Below, one piece after another: positions 48,377 through 58,669 of a stretch of DNA of 64,000 nucleotides. A program made the position numbers and the translations under genes. Each line of letters begins with the position of its first letter. The stretch's first letter is position 1. This DNA is from a virus (lineage: Duplodnaviria; Heunggongvirae; Uroviricota; Caudoviricetes), in IMG/VR virus record IMGVR_UViG_3300029906_000003, positions 1-64,000 of that record. One strand, written 5' to 3'. The notes under the pieces are model-generated. The model saw nothing but the letters and a program-made list of their open reading frames with translations, did not search any database and was not told the origin of the DNA.

Positions 48377-50710
48377 ATGGATATAAGAGATGAATTAAGA
48401 CAAAATGCTGTTGATTATGCATATGAAGTTAATGTACAACGAGCTTTCCCTGATGTAAGAGATGGATTGAAACTTGGACAGCGGGCTTGCATATGGGAAA
48501 TGTATGTACGAGGCTATGCCTCAAATAAACCTCATGTCAAGTCGGCAAAGGTCTCAGGAGGGGTGATAGCGAACTGGCACCCTCACGGTGACGCTGCAGC
48601 CTATGAAACTTTTGCGCGTATGTCTATGCCATGGATTAATAATATTCCAGAAGTTGACTGGCATGGCGCGAACGGGAACCAAATTATTGGAAACGCTCCT
48701 GCTAGTTCTCGCTATACTGAAACGAGATTATCAAAAGCAACAGAAGAAGGTATGTTGCAAGGATTAAAGAAGAATAATGTTGATATGCAGTTAAATTTTT
48801 CAGAAGATGAAGAATGGCCTGTTGTATTGCCTGCAATTATGCCTCGACTTCTAATTAATGGTTGTCAAGGGATTGGTTTCACTATTTCAAATTGCTGGTT
48901 GCCTAATAATTTAAAGGAAATAAGCAAAGTTATTAATGAATATATATTAACAGGCACTCTTAACTATGATAATATATTTCCTGATTTTCCCACAGGTGGA
49001 ATCATCTTAAACAAAGATGAAATACATAAGATATATGAAACAGGAAAAGGTAGAGTCGTCTTGCGCGGCAAAGCAGAAATTGATAAGGATTCTATTCTTA
49101 TAACAGAACTCCCTTATCAAGTTTTTGTAGAACCTTTAATTGAGCAAATTAAGAAATTAGTAGAATCAGAAGATATTCTATATATTAAAGATATACTTAA
49201 TAAAAGCGATAGAAAAAAGCTACTTATTGAAATTGAGTGCGAGAAGAATAAAGCCTCAATAGTTTTAGCTAAATTATTTGAAATAACAGACCTTCAAAAG
49301 ACTTACAATGCAAATCAATACGCCTTGGTAGGCAAAACTCCTCAACTATTGACCTTAAAAGATTATATTGATATTTATGTAAAACATAATATTGAGTGTA
49401 TAAAGAGAGAATATCAATTTGACTTAAATAAAGTCCAAAATAGAATGGAAATAGTTTTGGGCTTAATTAAAGCGCTTGAAGATATAGATAATATTATTAG
49501 TTTAATTAAGAAAGCTGATAATTCTAAAGATGCTCAAAATAAATTGATAGAAAGATATTCTTTTACAGAGAGGCAAGCGAAAGGTATTATTGATATGAGG
49601 CTTGGTAAGCTAGCTCACCTTGAGAAAATTGAATTAAATCAAGAGAAAGAAGAATTGATTTCTCAAATTAAGGCTTTCAATCAAGTTTTAAGTTCTCAAC
49701 AAAGTCAAATCCAGATTTTATTAGATAGATTAAACACATTCGTTAAGAAATATGGCTATGAAAGAAGAACAAAAGTTATTCAACTAGAAGAAGATAAGAA
49801 AGCAAAAGAAGAAAAAGCTAAAAGTATTCCTAGTGAAAAAACTTTAATCAAGGTTAAAAGTAATAATGCAATAGAAAGAGAAAACATTAAGGACATAAAA
49901 GTCCAAAAAAAGTATGGTAAGGGGACTAAGGCCAATAATGAGTCATTAATCACTTTAATTTCTTCTTATACAGATAAGTATATAATGCTTTTTACAAACA
50001 TGGGAAGAATGTATAAGATATTAATAAATGATATTCCTGAATTAAATACAAATCTTTCTGACTTAATAAAACTAAAAGAAGATGAAAAAGTAATCGCGGC
50101 CGCCGTCCCTGAAAATACCGAGACTAAGTATGTCGTGTTCTTTACACGGAATGGATTACTAAAGAAGACTAGTTTCAGTGAGTATAATGATTTGAAGCGT
50201 GGGAGCGGGGTCGCAGCAATTAAATTGCTACCAGGAGATTCTGTAGTGAATGTGATTTTTATTAACGAAGAAAATGTATTTATCTTAACCAAAAACGGAA
50301 TTGGTATTCAATTTGAAACTAAAGATATTAAAGCAATAGGAAGAAATACTAGTGGAGTAAAGGCTATTAAATTAGAGGAAGGTGATAGTGTAGTACGCGG
50401 CCTCGCGTCCTCTGATGATTCATACGCAAGTCTTGCAATCTTTACTGAAAATGGATATGGTAAAAGGATTGGTGTCGATGAACTCTTTATCCAAGGCCGC
50501 GGAGGTAAAGGTCTTCAATACTATAAGTCAACTGACGAAACAGGTAAGATTATTGGAGGAATTTTTATAAAGGATTCTGATTCAAAGATTCTGTTAAGTG
50601 GAGTTTCTTCTAATCTATGTCTTGCTGCATCAGACATAATTCAAGCAGGCCGCTATAGTCAAGGGCATCTTCTAGCAAAGAACTATATCTTATCAGCAAC
50701 TTTGTTATAA
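48377..50710 (+). CDS. type IIA DNA topoisomerase, breakage-reunion subunit (GyrA/ParC-like)
   Basis: N-terminal RAFPDVRDGLKLGQRACIW; 777 aa. Confidence 0.8.
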   Translation: MDIRDELRQNAVDYAYEVNVQRAFPDVRDGLKLGQRACIWEMYVRGYASNKPHVKSAKVSGGVIANWHPHGDAAAYETFARMSMPWINNIPEVDWHGANGNQIIGNAPASSRYTETRLSKATEEGMLQGLKKNNVDMQLNFSEDEEWPVVLPAIMPRLLINGCQGIGFTISNCWLPNNLKEISKVINEYILTGTLNYDNIFPDFPTGGIILNKDEIHKIYETGKGRVVLRGKAEIDKDSILITELPYQVFVEPLIEQIKKLVESEDILYIKDILNKSDRKKLLIEIECEKNKASIVLAKLFEITDLQKTYNANQYALVGKTPQLLTLKDYIDIYVKHNIECIKREYQFDLNKVQNRMEIVLGLIKALEDIDNIISLIKKADNSKDAQNKLIERYSFTERQAKGIIDMRLGKLAHLEKIELNQEKEELISQIKAFNQVLSSQQSQIQILLDRLNTFVKKYGYERRTKVIQLEEDKKAKEEKAKSIPSEKTLIKVKSNNAIERENIKDIKVQKKYGKGTKANNESLITLISSYTDKYIMLFTNMGRMYKILINDIPELNTNLSDLIKLKEDEKVIAAAVPENTETKYVVFFTRNGLLKKTSFSEYNDLKRGSGVAAIKLLPGDSVVNVIFINEENVFILTKNGIGIQFETKDIKAIGRNTSGVKAIKLEEGDSVVRGLASSDDSYASLAIFTENGYGKRIGVDELFIQGRGGKGLQYYKSTDETGKIIGGIFIKDSDSKILLSGVSSNLCLAASDIIQAGRYSQGHLLAKNYILSATLL

Positions 50711-50786
50711 TGTTTTGAGGTCAAGATTTTTATCTTGACCATTTTATTTTATTATGGTATAATTATTATAAGAAAGTAGGTGTATT

Positions 50787-52709
50787 ATGGAAAATAATAT
50801 CCAAGAAAAGATTGCATTATTGAATAGAGCGACTAAAGCCTATGATGAAGGACATCCAATCATGTCTGATAAAGAATGGGACTCTATTTATTTTAGTATT
50901 AAGAGACAAGCAGATAGTCAAGGGATTGATTATCAAGTAGTATCTGAACTTAAAAAGGTTGAACACAATCATCCAATGCTTAGTCTCAATAAGACAAAAG
51001 ATATTGAAGTATTGAAATCATTTATTGGCGACCGAGAATATGTAGTTATGCCTAAATACGATGGTTTATCGTGTTCTCTATTGTATAAAAAAGGCAAATT
51101 AGTACGCGCTGAAACTCGCGGCAATGGCCAAGTCGGAGAGGATATTACTCATAATGCGATGGTTATTCCGTCTATCCCAAAATGGATTAACGACGAAAGT
51201 AAAGAAGTAATTGTTGATGGTGAAATTATTTGCCGCAATAATATTTTTCAGAAAAACTTTTCTGACCAATATAGTAATTCGAGAAATTTTGCGGCGGGCA
51301 GTATTAGATTGCTTGATGCTAATGAATGCGGCAAAAGAGGACTAGAGTTCTGGGCTTGGACACTAATTAAGAGTGATTCTAAGTCTAATTCTTTCAATCA
51401 GAATATGCTTTCTCTTTTTAACAATAGATTTTATGAGACTTGGATTTCATCAAAAGATGTACCTTCAATAGAGGCAGCGATTAGTGAACTAAAGTCTTGG
51501 GCCGCGTATAATTTTATTCCTATTGATGGCGTAGTAGTTAGATATGATGATGAAGAATATTCATCTTCTCTTGGTAATACTGCACATCATCCTCGTGGCG
51601 CATTGGCTTTTAAATTTTATGATGAAACTTATCCTACAAGGCTTGAAAATATTGAGTGGACTATGGGCCGTTTGGGCACTCTAACTCCCGTAGCTGTGTT
51701 TCAAGCTGTGGAAATTGATGGTGCAGTTATTAATAGAGCTAATTTACATAATATAACCATTATGAATGAGTTGCTTGGTCCGCATCCATATCAAGGGCAA
51801 GAAATTGAAGTCTATCGTGCAAACATGATAATTCCGCAAGTCTATTCGGCAGATAAAAAAATTCCTTCTGTGAAAGTAGAATACTTTGTAAAACCAGCAA
51901 TTTGTCCGTATTGCGGAGAGAAACTCGTTGAAAAAACTTTGAATGATTCTACAGTTTTAATGTGTGTAAACACTAGTTGTGAGTCAAACATGATTGAACG
52001 TTTGAATCATTTTGCGGGTAAGAAGGGTATGGATATTAAAGGATTATCTAAAGCTACCATAGAAAAACTTATCCGTAAAGGCTGGCTGAACTCTCCTTAT
52101 GATTTTTATGAATTAAAGAGTCATAAAGAAGAAATGATAAAGATGCCAGGTTTTGGTGTTAAATCTGTTGATAAAATTTTGAAAGCAATAGAACAAAGTA
52201 AAGAGGAATGCGACTGGCCGCAGTTTCTTTCTGCTATAGGTATTCCTTCTATTGGTATAAATGTGGCCAAAGAATTAGCTAATTATTTTGATTCATATCA
52301 GAGTTTTAGAGATGCAATCAATCAAGGATATAACTTCATGTCTCTGTATAATTTTGGTGAAAGCAAACATATTGAAATAATGAAATTTGATTATACAGAA
52401 GCGGATAAAGTGGCATCTATATTGACGTTCAAAAAAAATAATGTTATAAAAGATATAAGAAAAGGAAATAATCTTGAAGGACTAACTTTTGTTATTACTG
52501 GTAAACTTTCTCACTTTAAGAATAGAGATGAACTGAAAAGTTTGATTGAAAGTTATGGTGGTAAAGTAAAAGAAACTGTTAATAGAGATATTTCTTACCT
52601 TATTAATAATGATATTCAGTCAGGTTCTGCAAAAAATAAGAAGGCTAAAGATTTGAATATTCCTATTATTTCAGAAGAAACATTCTTGGAAAGATTTGAC
52701 TTATCATAA
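50787..52709 (+). CDS. ligA: NAD-dependent DNA ligase
   Basis: adenylation motif MPKYDGLS (KxDG), Cys4 zinc finger CPYCGE..C, C-terminal BRCT region. Confidence 0.85.
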   Translation: MENNIQEKIALLNRATKAYDEGHPIMSDKEWDSIYFSIKRQADSQGIDYQVVSELKKVEHNHPMLSLNKTKDIEVLKSFIGDREYVVMPKYDGLSCSLLYKKGKLVRAETRGNGQVGEDITHNAMVIPSIPKWINDESKEVIVDGEIICRNNIFQKNFSDQYSNSRNFAAGSIRLLDANECGKRGLEFWAWTLIKSDSKSNSFNQNMLSLFNNRFYETWISSKDVPSIEAAISELKSWAAYNFIPIDGVVVRYDDEEYSSSLGNTAHHPRGALAFKFYDETYPTRLENIEWTMGRLGTLTPVAVFQAVEIDGAVINRANLHNITIMNELLGPHPYQGQEIEVYRANMIIPQVYSADKKIPSVKVEYFVKPAICPYCGEKLVEKTLNDSTVLMCVNTSCESNMIERLNHFAGKKGMDIKGLSKATIEKLIRKGWLNSPYDFYELKSHKEEMIKMPGFGVKSVDKILKAIEQSKEECDWPQFLSAIGIPSIGINVAKELANYFDSYQSFRDAINQGYNFMSLYNFGESKHIEIMKFDYTEADKVASILTFKKNNVIKDIRKGNNLEGLTFVITGKLSHFKNRDELKSLIESYGGKVKETVNRDISYLINNDIQSGSAKNKKAKDLNIPIISEETFLERFDLS

Positions 52710-52732
52710 AAAATAATATATAATAAGGATAT

Positions 52733-52906
52733 ATGACAAAGAAAGAAATAAAAAAGTACGCGCAGAAGATTGCGCAAATTGAAACTGATGATACTATTTC
52801 AAATAGCAAGAAAGAAGAATTGATTTATCAAATTATTGCGACTTTTTCTACGCAGGATATTCTTGCTATCGGAAATCAAGTTGATAAAATTTTAGATAAT
52901 TATTAA
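52733..52906 (+). CDS. hypothetical 57-aa protein
   Basis: manual ORF MTKKEIKKYAQKIAQIETDD.. Confidence 0.3.
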   Translation: MTKKEIKKYAQKIAQIETDDTISNSKKEELIYQIIATFSTQDILAIGNQVDKILDNY

Positions 52907-52920
52907 AGGAGACAAAAATT

Positions 52921-53241
52921 ATGTTGAAAGAAAACGCTCGTATTGTATTTAAGTATTTGCTTGACCATGATGGAGAGAATTTTACTGCAAGTGATATTGC
53001 AGAAGAGACTGGCCTGAATATTAAGTCTGTTAATGGTATTTTGACCCAGGCATTTCAACGCCATCGTGACCCTGTTACCAGAGAAATCGTTCCCCTGATT
53101 GAACGGGTTCCCGCAGAGCTTGAGATGACTGATGAAGATGGTAATGTAACTCACAAGCCCATTAAGTTGATTGTTCTGACTGACGAAGGCCGGGAGTTCG
53201 ACCCTGACGAGACTGCACCCGTCGAAAATCCAGACGAGTAA
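52921..53241 (+). CDS. hypothetical acidic protein
   Basis: ORF track. Confidence 0.5.
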   Translation: MLKENARIVFKYLLDHDGENFTASDIAEETGLNIKSVNGILTQAFQRHRDPVTREIVPLIERVPAELEMTDEDGNVTHKPIKLIVLTDEGREFDPDETAPVENPDE

Positions 53242-53246
53242 AATAC

Positions 53247-53275
53247 ATGGGACTCATAATGAGTCCCTTTTTTTG
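53247..53275 (+). terminator. rho-independent terminator
   Basis: gggactcataatgagtccc followed by tttttttg. Confidence 0.65.
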
Positions 53276-53286
53276 TAGGAGAATAT

Positions 53287-54237
53287 ATGACCATTGTTAT
53301 AATAATATTATTAATGCTTGTTATAATTCTTCTATTTATAAATACTTCTATAAAAAAAATAGATGCAAGAGAAGCATAGCTAAAAGTAGAAGAATTATAG
53401 CATAAGAATACGATACTACAGTATACAATATAGCAATAGCAAGATGAAAAAGAAAAATATTCTAGCAAGATAAATAATCTAATTCAAGAGAAAGAAAAAC
53501 TTGATACTGAAATAAACCAGAAGAAAATATGCTTAGTTAATTATGAAAAAGATATTGAACTAGATTACTAGAATAAACAATAGCAAATGAAAAATGCGGC
53601 AAGTCTTTATTTTGACTCGCTAGAAAAATCATATAAAACAAAAGAAGAAGAATATGATAAGAAGTGCGCGGCCCTCGTCTCAGAAATGGCGGACATGCAA
53701 TCCTAGTATGCAGAGATTTAGTCCCAACTTGTATAGGGCGCCGCGGCCGCATTAAGAGAGCGAGAAAAGAAAGAGAAGATTAATTTCTACAAACTCAAAT
53801 TATCAGATTCTGATTCTATTGATATAAAAGAATTGTTTGAGCTAAGAAAGAGGTTCCGCAATCCTTCTGCATTAAGCAAATTGGTTTGGAGCGAATACTT
53901 CTTGAAGTAGACCTCTGAATTATGTAATAGAGTATTGGGGACTAATACGAAATGCGGAATTTATAAAATAACTAACTTAATTTCTAATCAGGCTTATATT
54001 GGTCAAAGTGTAGATATAGCTAGTCGTTTTAAGCAACACATTAAATGCGGTTTGGGCATAGACGCGCCTGCATCAAATAAACTATATAAATCCATGATCG
54101 AAGATGGTGTTTGGAATTTTTCTTTTGAATTATTAGAAGAATGCCCTAAAGATAAATTAAATGAAAGAGAATCTTTCTGGATAGATTTATATTAGACTAA
54201 TAAAGTAGGATTAAATAGTACGAAAGGAAATGGCTAA
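53287..54237 (+). CDS. coiled-coil protein with a C-terminal GIY-YIG nuclease domain; 13 in-frame TAG codons
   Basis: One frame runs from ATG 53287 (RBS AGGAG) into track ORF 53935-54195 (GIYKITNLISNQAYIGQS..R..H..ERESFWI). Translation with TAG as X gives a Q/E/K-rich coiled coil. Confidence 0.6.
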
Positions 54238-54905
54238 TGGGACAAATTATTTTACAACCAGAAACTACAAAGAATGTATTTGAGCTAATGGGGCGGGCCG
54301 CGGGTTACTGTTATGGTTCAGACATTAGCAATGTTGAGAAGAATGTCAAGCGAGGCCGCGAGTGTTTTAAGAATAAGCACGACAGAACATTAGAATATCC
54401 TCAAATTTATGTAGTCTTTAAAGACTATTCTGCAAGAGTCATGAGAGAATTGTATACGCATATTGGCGGCGCACCTACAAGATTGCAGTCAAGTACGCGC
54501 TATATTAATTATGGAAATTTCAATTATGTAACGCCTAAAGCAATAGAGAAAGATAAAGATTTAAAAGACGAGTATGATAGGGCGATGAATAACATTGTTC
54601 TTAGTTATTGTGAGCTATTGTCTAAAGGGGTTAGCAAAGAAGATTTAGGTAATTTACTGCCATTAGGAATGTGTACTACAGTCTTTTTCCGTACTAATGC
54701 GCGCCAAGTGATTGATATGGCTCATACTCGTTTGTGCACGCGTGCGCTCCCTGAGTTTCAAGGACTCATGCATGATTTCAAAAGTGCGCTTGCCGCATAC
54801 TCACCAGACTGGGAAGAGATAGTTAATATTACTTTTCGTCCAAAATGTGAAATTCTTGGATACTGCCCAGAGAAAAATAGCTGCGGACGAATGCCGAAAA
54901 AGTGA
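54237..54905 (+). CDS. ThyX-family (flavin-dependent thymidylate synthase-like) protein with a divergent active-site motif
   Basis: GRAAGYCYGS, KHDRTLEY (compare GHESVLEH), SSTRY (SxRY), LPLGMCTTVFFRTNARQ; the canonical RHR motif reads THI here. Confidence 0.55.
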   Translation: MGQIILQPETTKNVFELMGRAAGYCYGSDISNVEKNVKRGRECFKNKHDRTLEYPQIYVVFKDYSARVMRELYTHIGGAPTRLQSSTRYINYGNFNYVTPKAIEKDKDLKDEYDRAMNNIVLSYCELLSKGVSKEDLGNLLPLGMCTTVFFRTNARQVIDMAHTRLCTRALPEFQGLMHDFKSALAAYSPDWEEIVNITFRPKCEILGYCPEKNSCGRMPKK

Positions 54906-54980
54906 TATAGAAAAAACAAAAATAATATCGTATAATATATATGTAGTTTATAATAGTTTTTAAGATTGGAGAAAAAGTAA

Positions 54981-55958
54981 ATGAGAAAGAAAGTAATTAA
55001 TAATACTGTTATTTATGGATACGTTTATCAGCTAGGAACTACAGACAAAAACAGATTGCAGGTAAAGACTGTAAAGAATCCTAATTCTCCGAACTTTGGA
55101 AAAGAGTTCATTCAGGGCGAGCTTGATGTTGCAGTAGATGAAGATGGGTTGAACGTAGTCCCAATTCATTTTACTTATGTGACTCGTTACCAGAAAGATG
55201 GTAAGACTGAAAATCGGACTTATGGTATCTTGAAGTCTTTGATTGAAAATGAGTCTGATAAGACTTGGATTAGCGCGGGTAAGGAGAACGCAGCTAAGGT
55301 AAAAGTAACGACCTCTCTTGATGTAAATGACTTCTATAGCGTTAAGCAAAATCAGCTTGTTGCCGCGCTACAAATCAGAGGCTCTTTTGTTGATAATATC
55401 TCAACTCTTCCTGTAGAAGATGAAAGAAATAAGTTCGAAGCAGATATTCTATTCAATAGAGCAAGTAGAATTGAAGCAGATGAAGAAAAAGGTATCGAGC
55501 AGGATTATCTTGAATTGGGCGGAGCTGTATTTAATTTCAAAGGAGAGCTTTTGCCGCTAAAGTTCTGTGTCAGAATTGAAAGTGGTATAGAATACTTTGA
55601 GAGCCTTGATATTTCTTCTTCTAATCCTCAGTTCATGTCTTGCATTGGTCATGTTAATTGTATGACAGTCAGAAAAGAGCTTCATAGCGAAAGTGTGTGG
55701 GGCGAAGCTAAAGTTGATGTCTTTGAAAATAAGAGTAAGACTTTAGATATTACTGGTATTCAGAAGGTTTATGACTTTGGCGACGAAGATAATGGTATTA
55801 CTGCGGAAGAGCTTAAGACTAAGATGCAGGATAGACAGATTAAGTTGGCAACTATTAAGAAAGATACCGAAGATTATCAGGCTAATAAAGAGAAAACTAC
55901 ATCTTCATTTGATAAAATCCTACCTAAAGACGACAATGATGAAGATTATGATTTTTAA
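54981..55958 (+). CDS. hypothetical protein with an acidic tail
   Basis: ORF track. Confidence 0.5.
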   Translation: MRKKVINNTVIYGYVYQLGTTDKNRLQVKTVKNPNSPNFGKEFIQGELDVAVDEDGLNVVPIHFTYVTRYQKDGKTENRTYGILKSLIENESDKTWISAGKENAAKVKVTTSLDVNDFYSVKQNQLVAALQIRGSFVDNISTLPVEDERNKFEADILFNRASRIEADEEKGIEQDYLELGGAVFNFKGELLPLKFCVRIESGIEYFESLDISSSNPQFMSCIGHVNCMTVRKELHSESVWGEAKVDVFENKSKTLDITGIQKVYDFGDEDNGITAEELKTKMQDRQIKLATIKKDTEDYQANKEKTTSSFDKILPKDDNDEDYDF

Positions 55959-55980
55959 TGATTGATGGAGGATAAATAAT

Positions 55981-56334
55981 ATGGCAATAGATTTATTGGC
56001 AATTTAGCCTCACAAGGTTAGTCGTGATTTGTCGGGGTACGCAGTCTATGTGTACGGACCAGCTAAAGTCGGCAAGACGACATTTGCGTCCCAGTTCCCG
56101 AATACACTCCTTCTCGCGTGTGAAAAAGGTTATAGCGCAATCCCCGGTATCTATCCCGTGGATATTACCTCATGGCGCGAGATTCGTGATGTCATAAGAG
56201 AGTTGAAAAAACCAGCAGTTAAAGAAAAGTTTCATACGATTGCTATTGATACAGTAGACCTTGCTGGAATGATGTGTGAAAAATATGTTTGCGCTTAGAA
56301 TGGCGTAGATAAGATTACCGAATTGCCTTACGGT
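55981..56334 (+). CDS. Sak4-like/AAA_24 recombination ATPase, exon 1 (1 in-frame TAG at codon 9)
   Basis: MAIDLLAI[TAG]PHKVSRDLSGYAVYVYGPAKVGKTT..IAIDTVD..ITELPYG; splice site inferred. Confidence 0.55.
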
Positions 56335-57430
56335 CTAAACTTGGCCGCCTAAGATAGAAATATTTTAGTGAAAACAGAGTAAAAACTGGAAGGCTGAAAT
56401 GCTAATCAGAGCGGAAGTTGGATTTTAAAAGGTCTAACACGCGCAACGCATAGGACTATTAAACAATAAAAGGGAGGTTTGGCCTGAATGGCGAAACGGA
56501 GAGAATTTTCTTTAGAAGAGATAGAAGATATATGTAATTCTTATAAATTAGGAGTTCCAAGACAACAATTAAGTTTAAAATATCATTGTACAGATAAAGT
56601 CATAGTTAGGATATTAGAAGAAAATAATATAAAAATTAGAAGAGTAAAGAATCCAGGAAAACATCCAAAAAGATATAATGTTAATGAAGAATATTTTAAT
56701 ATAAATAATCAAAGCAATAATAGTGCTTATATATTAGGTATATTAGCATCTGATGGATGTGTAGCAAAAAATCAAAATCAAATTTATATAGAGTTACAAA
56801 GATGTGATAAAGAGCTTTTAGAGAAGATAAATAAAGAAATAGAAAACGAACGGCCAATAAAAGATTACCATAATAACTCAAAAAATTATGATAATAGTAA
56901 ATTATATTTCTTCTCTAAACAAATAAAAGATGATTTATCTTTATATAATATAATTCCTAACAAGACTGCTTATAATAATGACTTTTTACATAATATTGAC
57001 CCCAGATATTATATAGACTTTATTAGAGGCTTATTTGATGGAGATGGAGCTATTAAATGGACAGGAGGTTCTATTCAATGGCAAATTGATTCCACTTCAT
57101 TAAAAACTCTTAATCATATTCAAGAAATATTAAAAGAAATAGGAATAGAAACAAAAATAGTTGGCAAGTCAGAAAAACAAATAATCCATTATAATGTTTA
57201 TAGAATATACTGCTATAACTATGAAAACTGTTATAAACTTTATCAATTATTTTATTCTAAAGAAAATGTCATTTGTTTAAACAGGAAAAAAGAACATTTT
57301 AAAGAACTTTTATTGAAATATAAGTCCCACGAGACTCTGGGCCTGTAAAAAGGCTAAAAGATATGCTGAACTTATACGAATAAGTAAGTATAAGAACTAG
57401 AGGATAAAAAGCCTCTAGGATAACATAATG
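56335..57430 (+). mobile_element. putative group I intron (about 1.1 kb) carrying a LAGLIDADG homing endonuclease ORF
   Basis: separates the two halves of the AAA_24 gene; 5' exon ends in U, intron ends in G; P9-like hairpin CTAGAGG..CCTCTAG near the 3' end. Confidence 0.5.
56488..57348 (+). CDS. LAGLIDADG homing endonuclease (double-motif)
   Basis: YILGILASDGCV and FIRGLFDGDGAI; own RBS AAGGGAGG. Confidence 0.8.
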   Translation: MAKRREFSLEEIEDICNSYKLGVPRQQLSLKYHCTDKVIVRILEENNIKIRRVKNPGKHPKRYNVNEEYFNINNQSNNSAYILGILASDGCVAKNQNQIYIELQRCDKELLEKINKEIENERPIKDYHNNSKNYDNSKLYFFSKQIKDDLSLYNIIPNKTAYNNDFLHNIDPRYYIDFIRGLFDGDGAIKWTGGSIQWQIDSTSLKTLNHIQEILKEIGIETKIVGKSEKQIIHYNVYRIYCYNYENCYKLYQLFYSKENVICLNRKKEHFKELLLKYKSHETLGL

Positions 57431-58075
57431 CAAGGTTGGAATCTAATGAAGCGTGAGTTTGAAGATGTGTGCAGAAACATAACGCAATCTGGATACGCAT
57501 TGATTTTCATCTCACACGATAAAGACCGCACTATAAAAGATGACAAAGGGCAAGAGATAATCCAAATCTTCCCTTCCTGCCCGTCTAGTTTTAATGATAT
57601 TGCAAAAAATGCAGCAGATATATATGGATATGCTCAAAAGTATAAAGATGAATCTGGTAAACCTAAAGTTCGTTTGGTATTACGTTCAGCGGATGGAAAT
57701 ATTGACACAGGGAGTCGTTTCAAGTACATTCGCCCTAGTATTGAATTTACTTATACAGCTCTTGTCGAAGCTGTAAATGAAGCAATAGACAAAGAAGCTG
57801 CGGAAACTGATAACAAGTTTATTACGAATGAGAGAGAAACCTTCAAAGAAGAAGAAAAGCTAGATTATAATACTTTAATTCAGCAGTTCAATGAAGAAGT
57901 ATCTCTCCTCATGGAGAAGAATAAGAGTTATTATGCTCCATATATTACAACTATTGTGAATAAGTATCTTGGAAAGAATAAAAAGGTCTCTGACTCAACC
58001 CCTGAACAAGTTGACTTAATTAAACTCATTGTTGACGAAATCAATGATGAATTAGTTAGCAAGATGAACTTATAA
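57431..58075 (+). CDS. Sak4-like/AAA_24 ATPase, exon 2
   Basis: QGWNLMKREF..GYALIFISHDKD (Walker B region) continues the frame from exon 1. Confidence 0.55.
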   Translation, partial: QGWNLMKREFEDVCRNITQSGYALIFISHDKDRTIKDDKGQEIIQIFPSCPSSFNDIAKNAADIYGYAQKYKDESGKPKVRLVLRSADGNIDTGSRFKYIRPSIEFTYTALVEAVNEAIDKEAAETDNKFITNERETFKEEEKLDYNTLIQQFNEEVSLLMEKNKSYYAPYITTIVNKYLGKNKKVSDSTPEQVDLIKLIVDEINDELVSKMNL

Positions 58076-58147
58076 AGATAACGAGGTCAAGGATAAAACC
58101 TTGACTTTTTTTTGTTATTATGATATATTTATTATAAGGTGATTTTT

Positions 58148-58669
58148 ATGGGCTTAAGAACCTGCATTTATTGTAAACAAAAATTTGACATAGATAAAGT
58201 TGATAAAGCAACTTTAGTTAAAGTTACTCCATCCAGATATGCTCACAAAAAATGCTATGAAGATTTTAATAACAATAGACTAAAGAAAAAAGGAAATGAA
58301 GTTACTCTTGAAGCGGTAAAGGCTTATATTAATGAAGCCTTAAAAGGGACTGAAATTAATTGGCCTAATCTAATGAAAGAGATTGTTAAGTATACCAAAT
58401 CAGGATATAATTATGAAAGAATTTATAAGACTTTGATTTATTGTTTTGAAGTCAAGAGAATAGATAAATTTAAGTTTAATGGGCATATTGGATTAATTAA
58501 TAATTATTTTGCAGAAGCGGCTAAGTATTATAAAGATATTGATAAATATAACGAATTAAAGGCAATAGAAATAAAGAAAGAGGACGCGGCCAAGCAGATA
58601 AAAATCCTGCCGCCGCGCAGTAAACCAAATATAAAGTTAATTGATTTGGAGGAAGATTTAGGTCTATGA
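58148..58669 (+). CDS. hypothetical zinc-finger protein
   Basis: ORF track (start at MGLRTCIYC). Confidence 0.5.
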   Translation: MGLRTCIYCKQKFDIDKVDKATLVKVTPSRYAHKKCYEDFNNNRLKKKGNEVTLEAVKAYINEALKGTEINWPNLMKEIVKYTKSGYNYERIYKTLIYCFEVKRIDKFKFNGHIGLINNYFAEAAKYYKDIDKYNELKAIEIKKEDAAKQIKILPPRSKPNIKLIDLEEDLGL

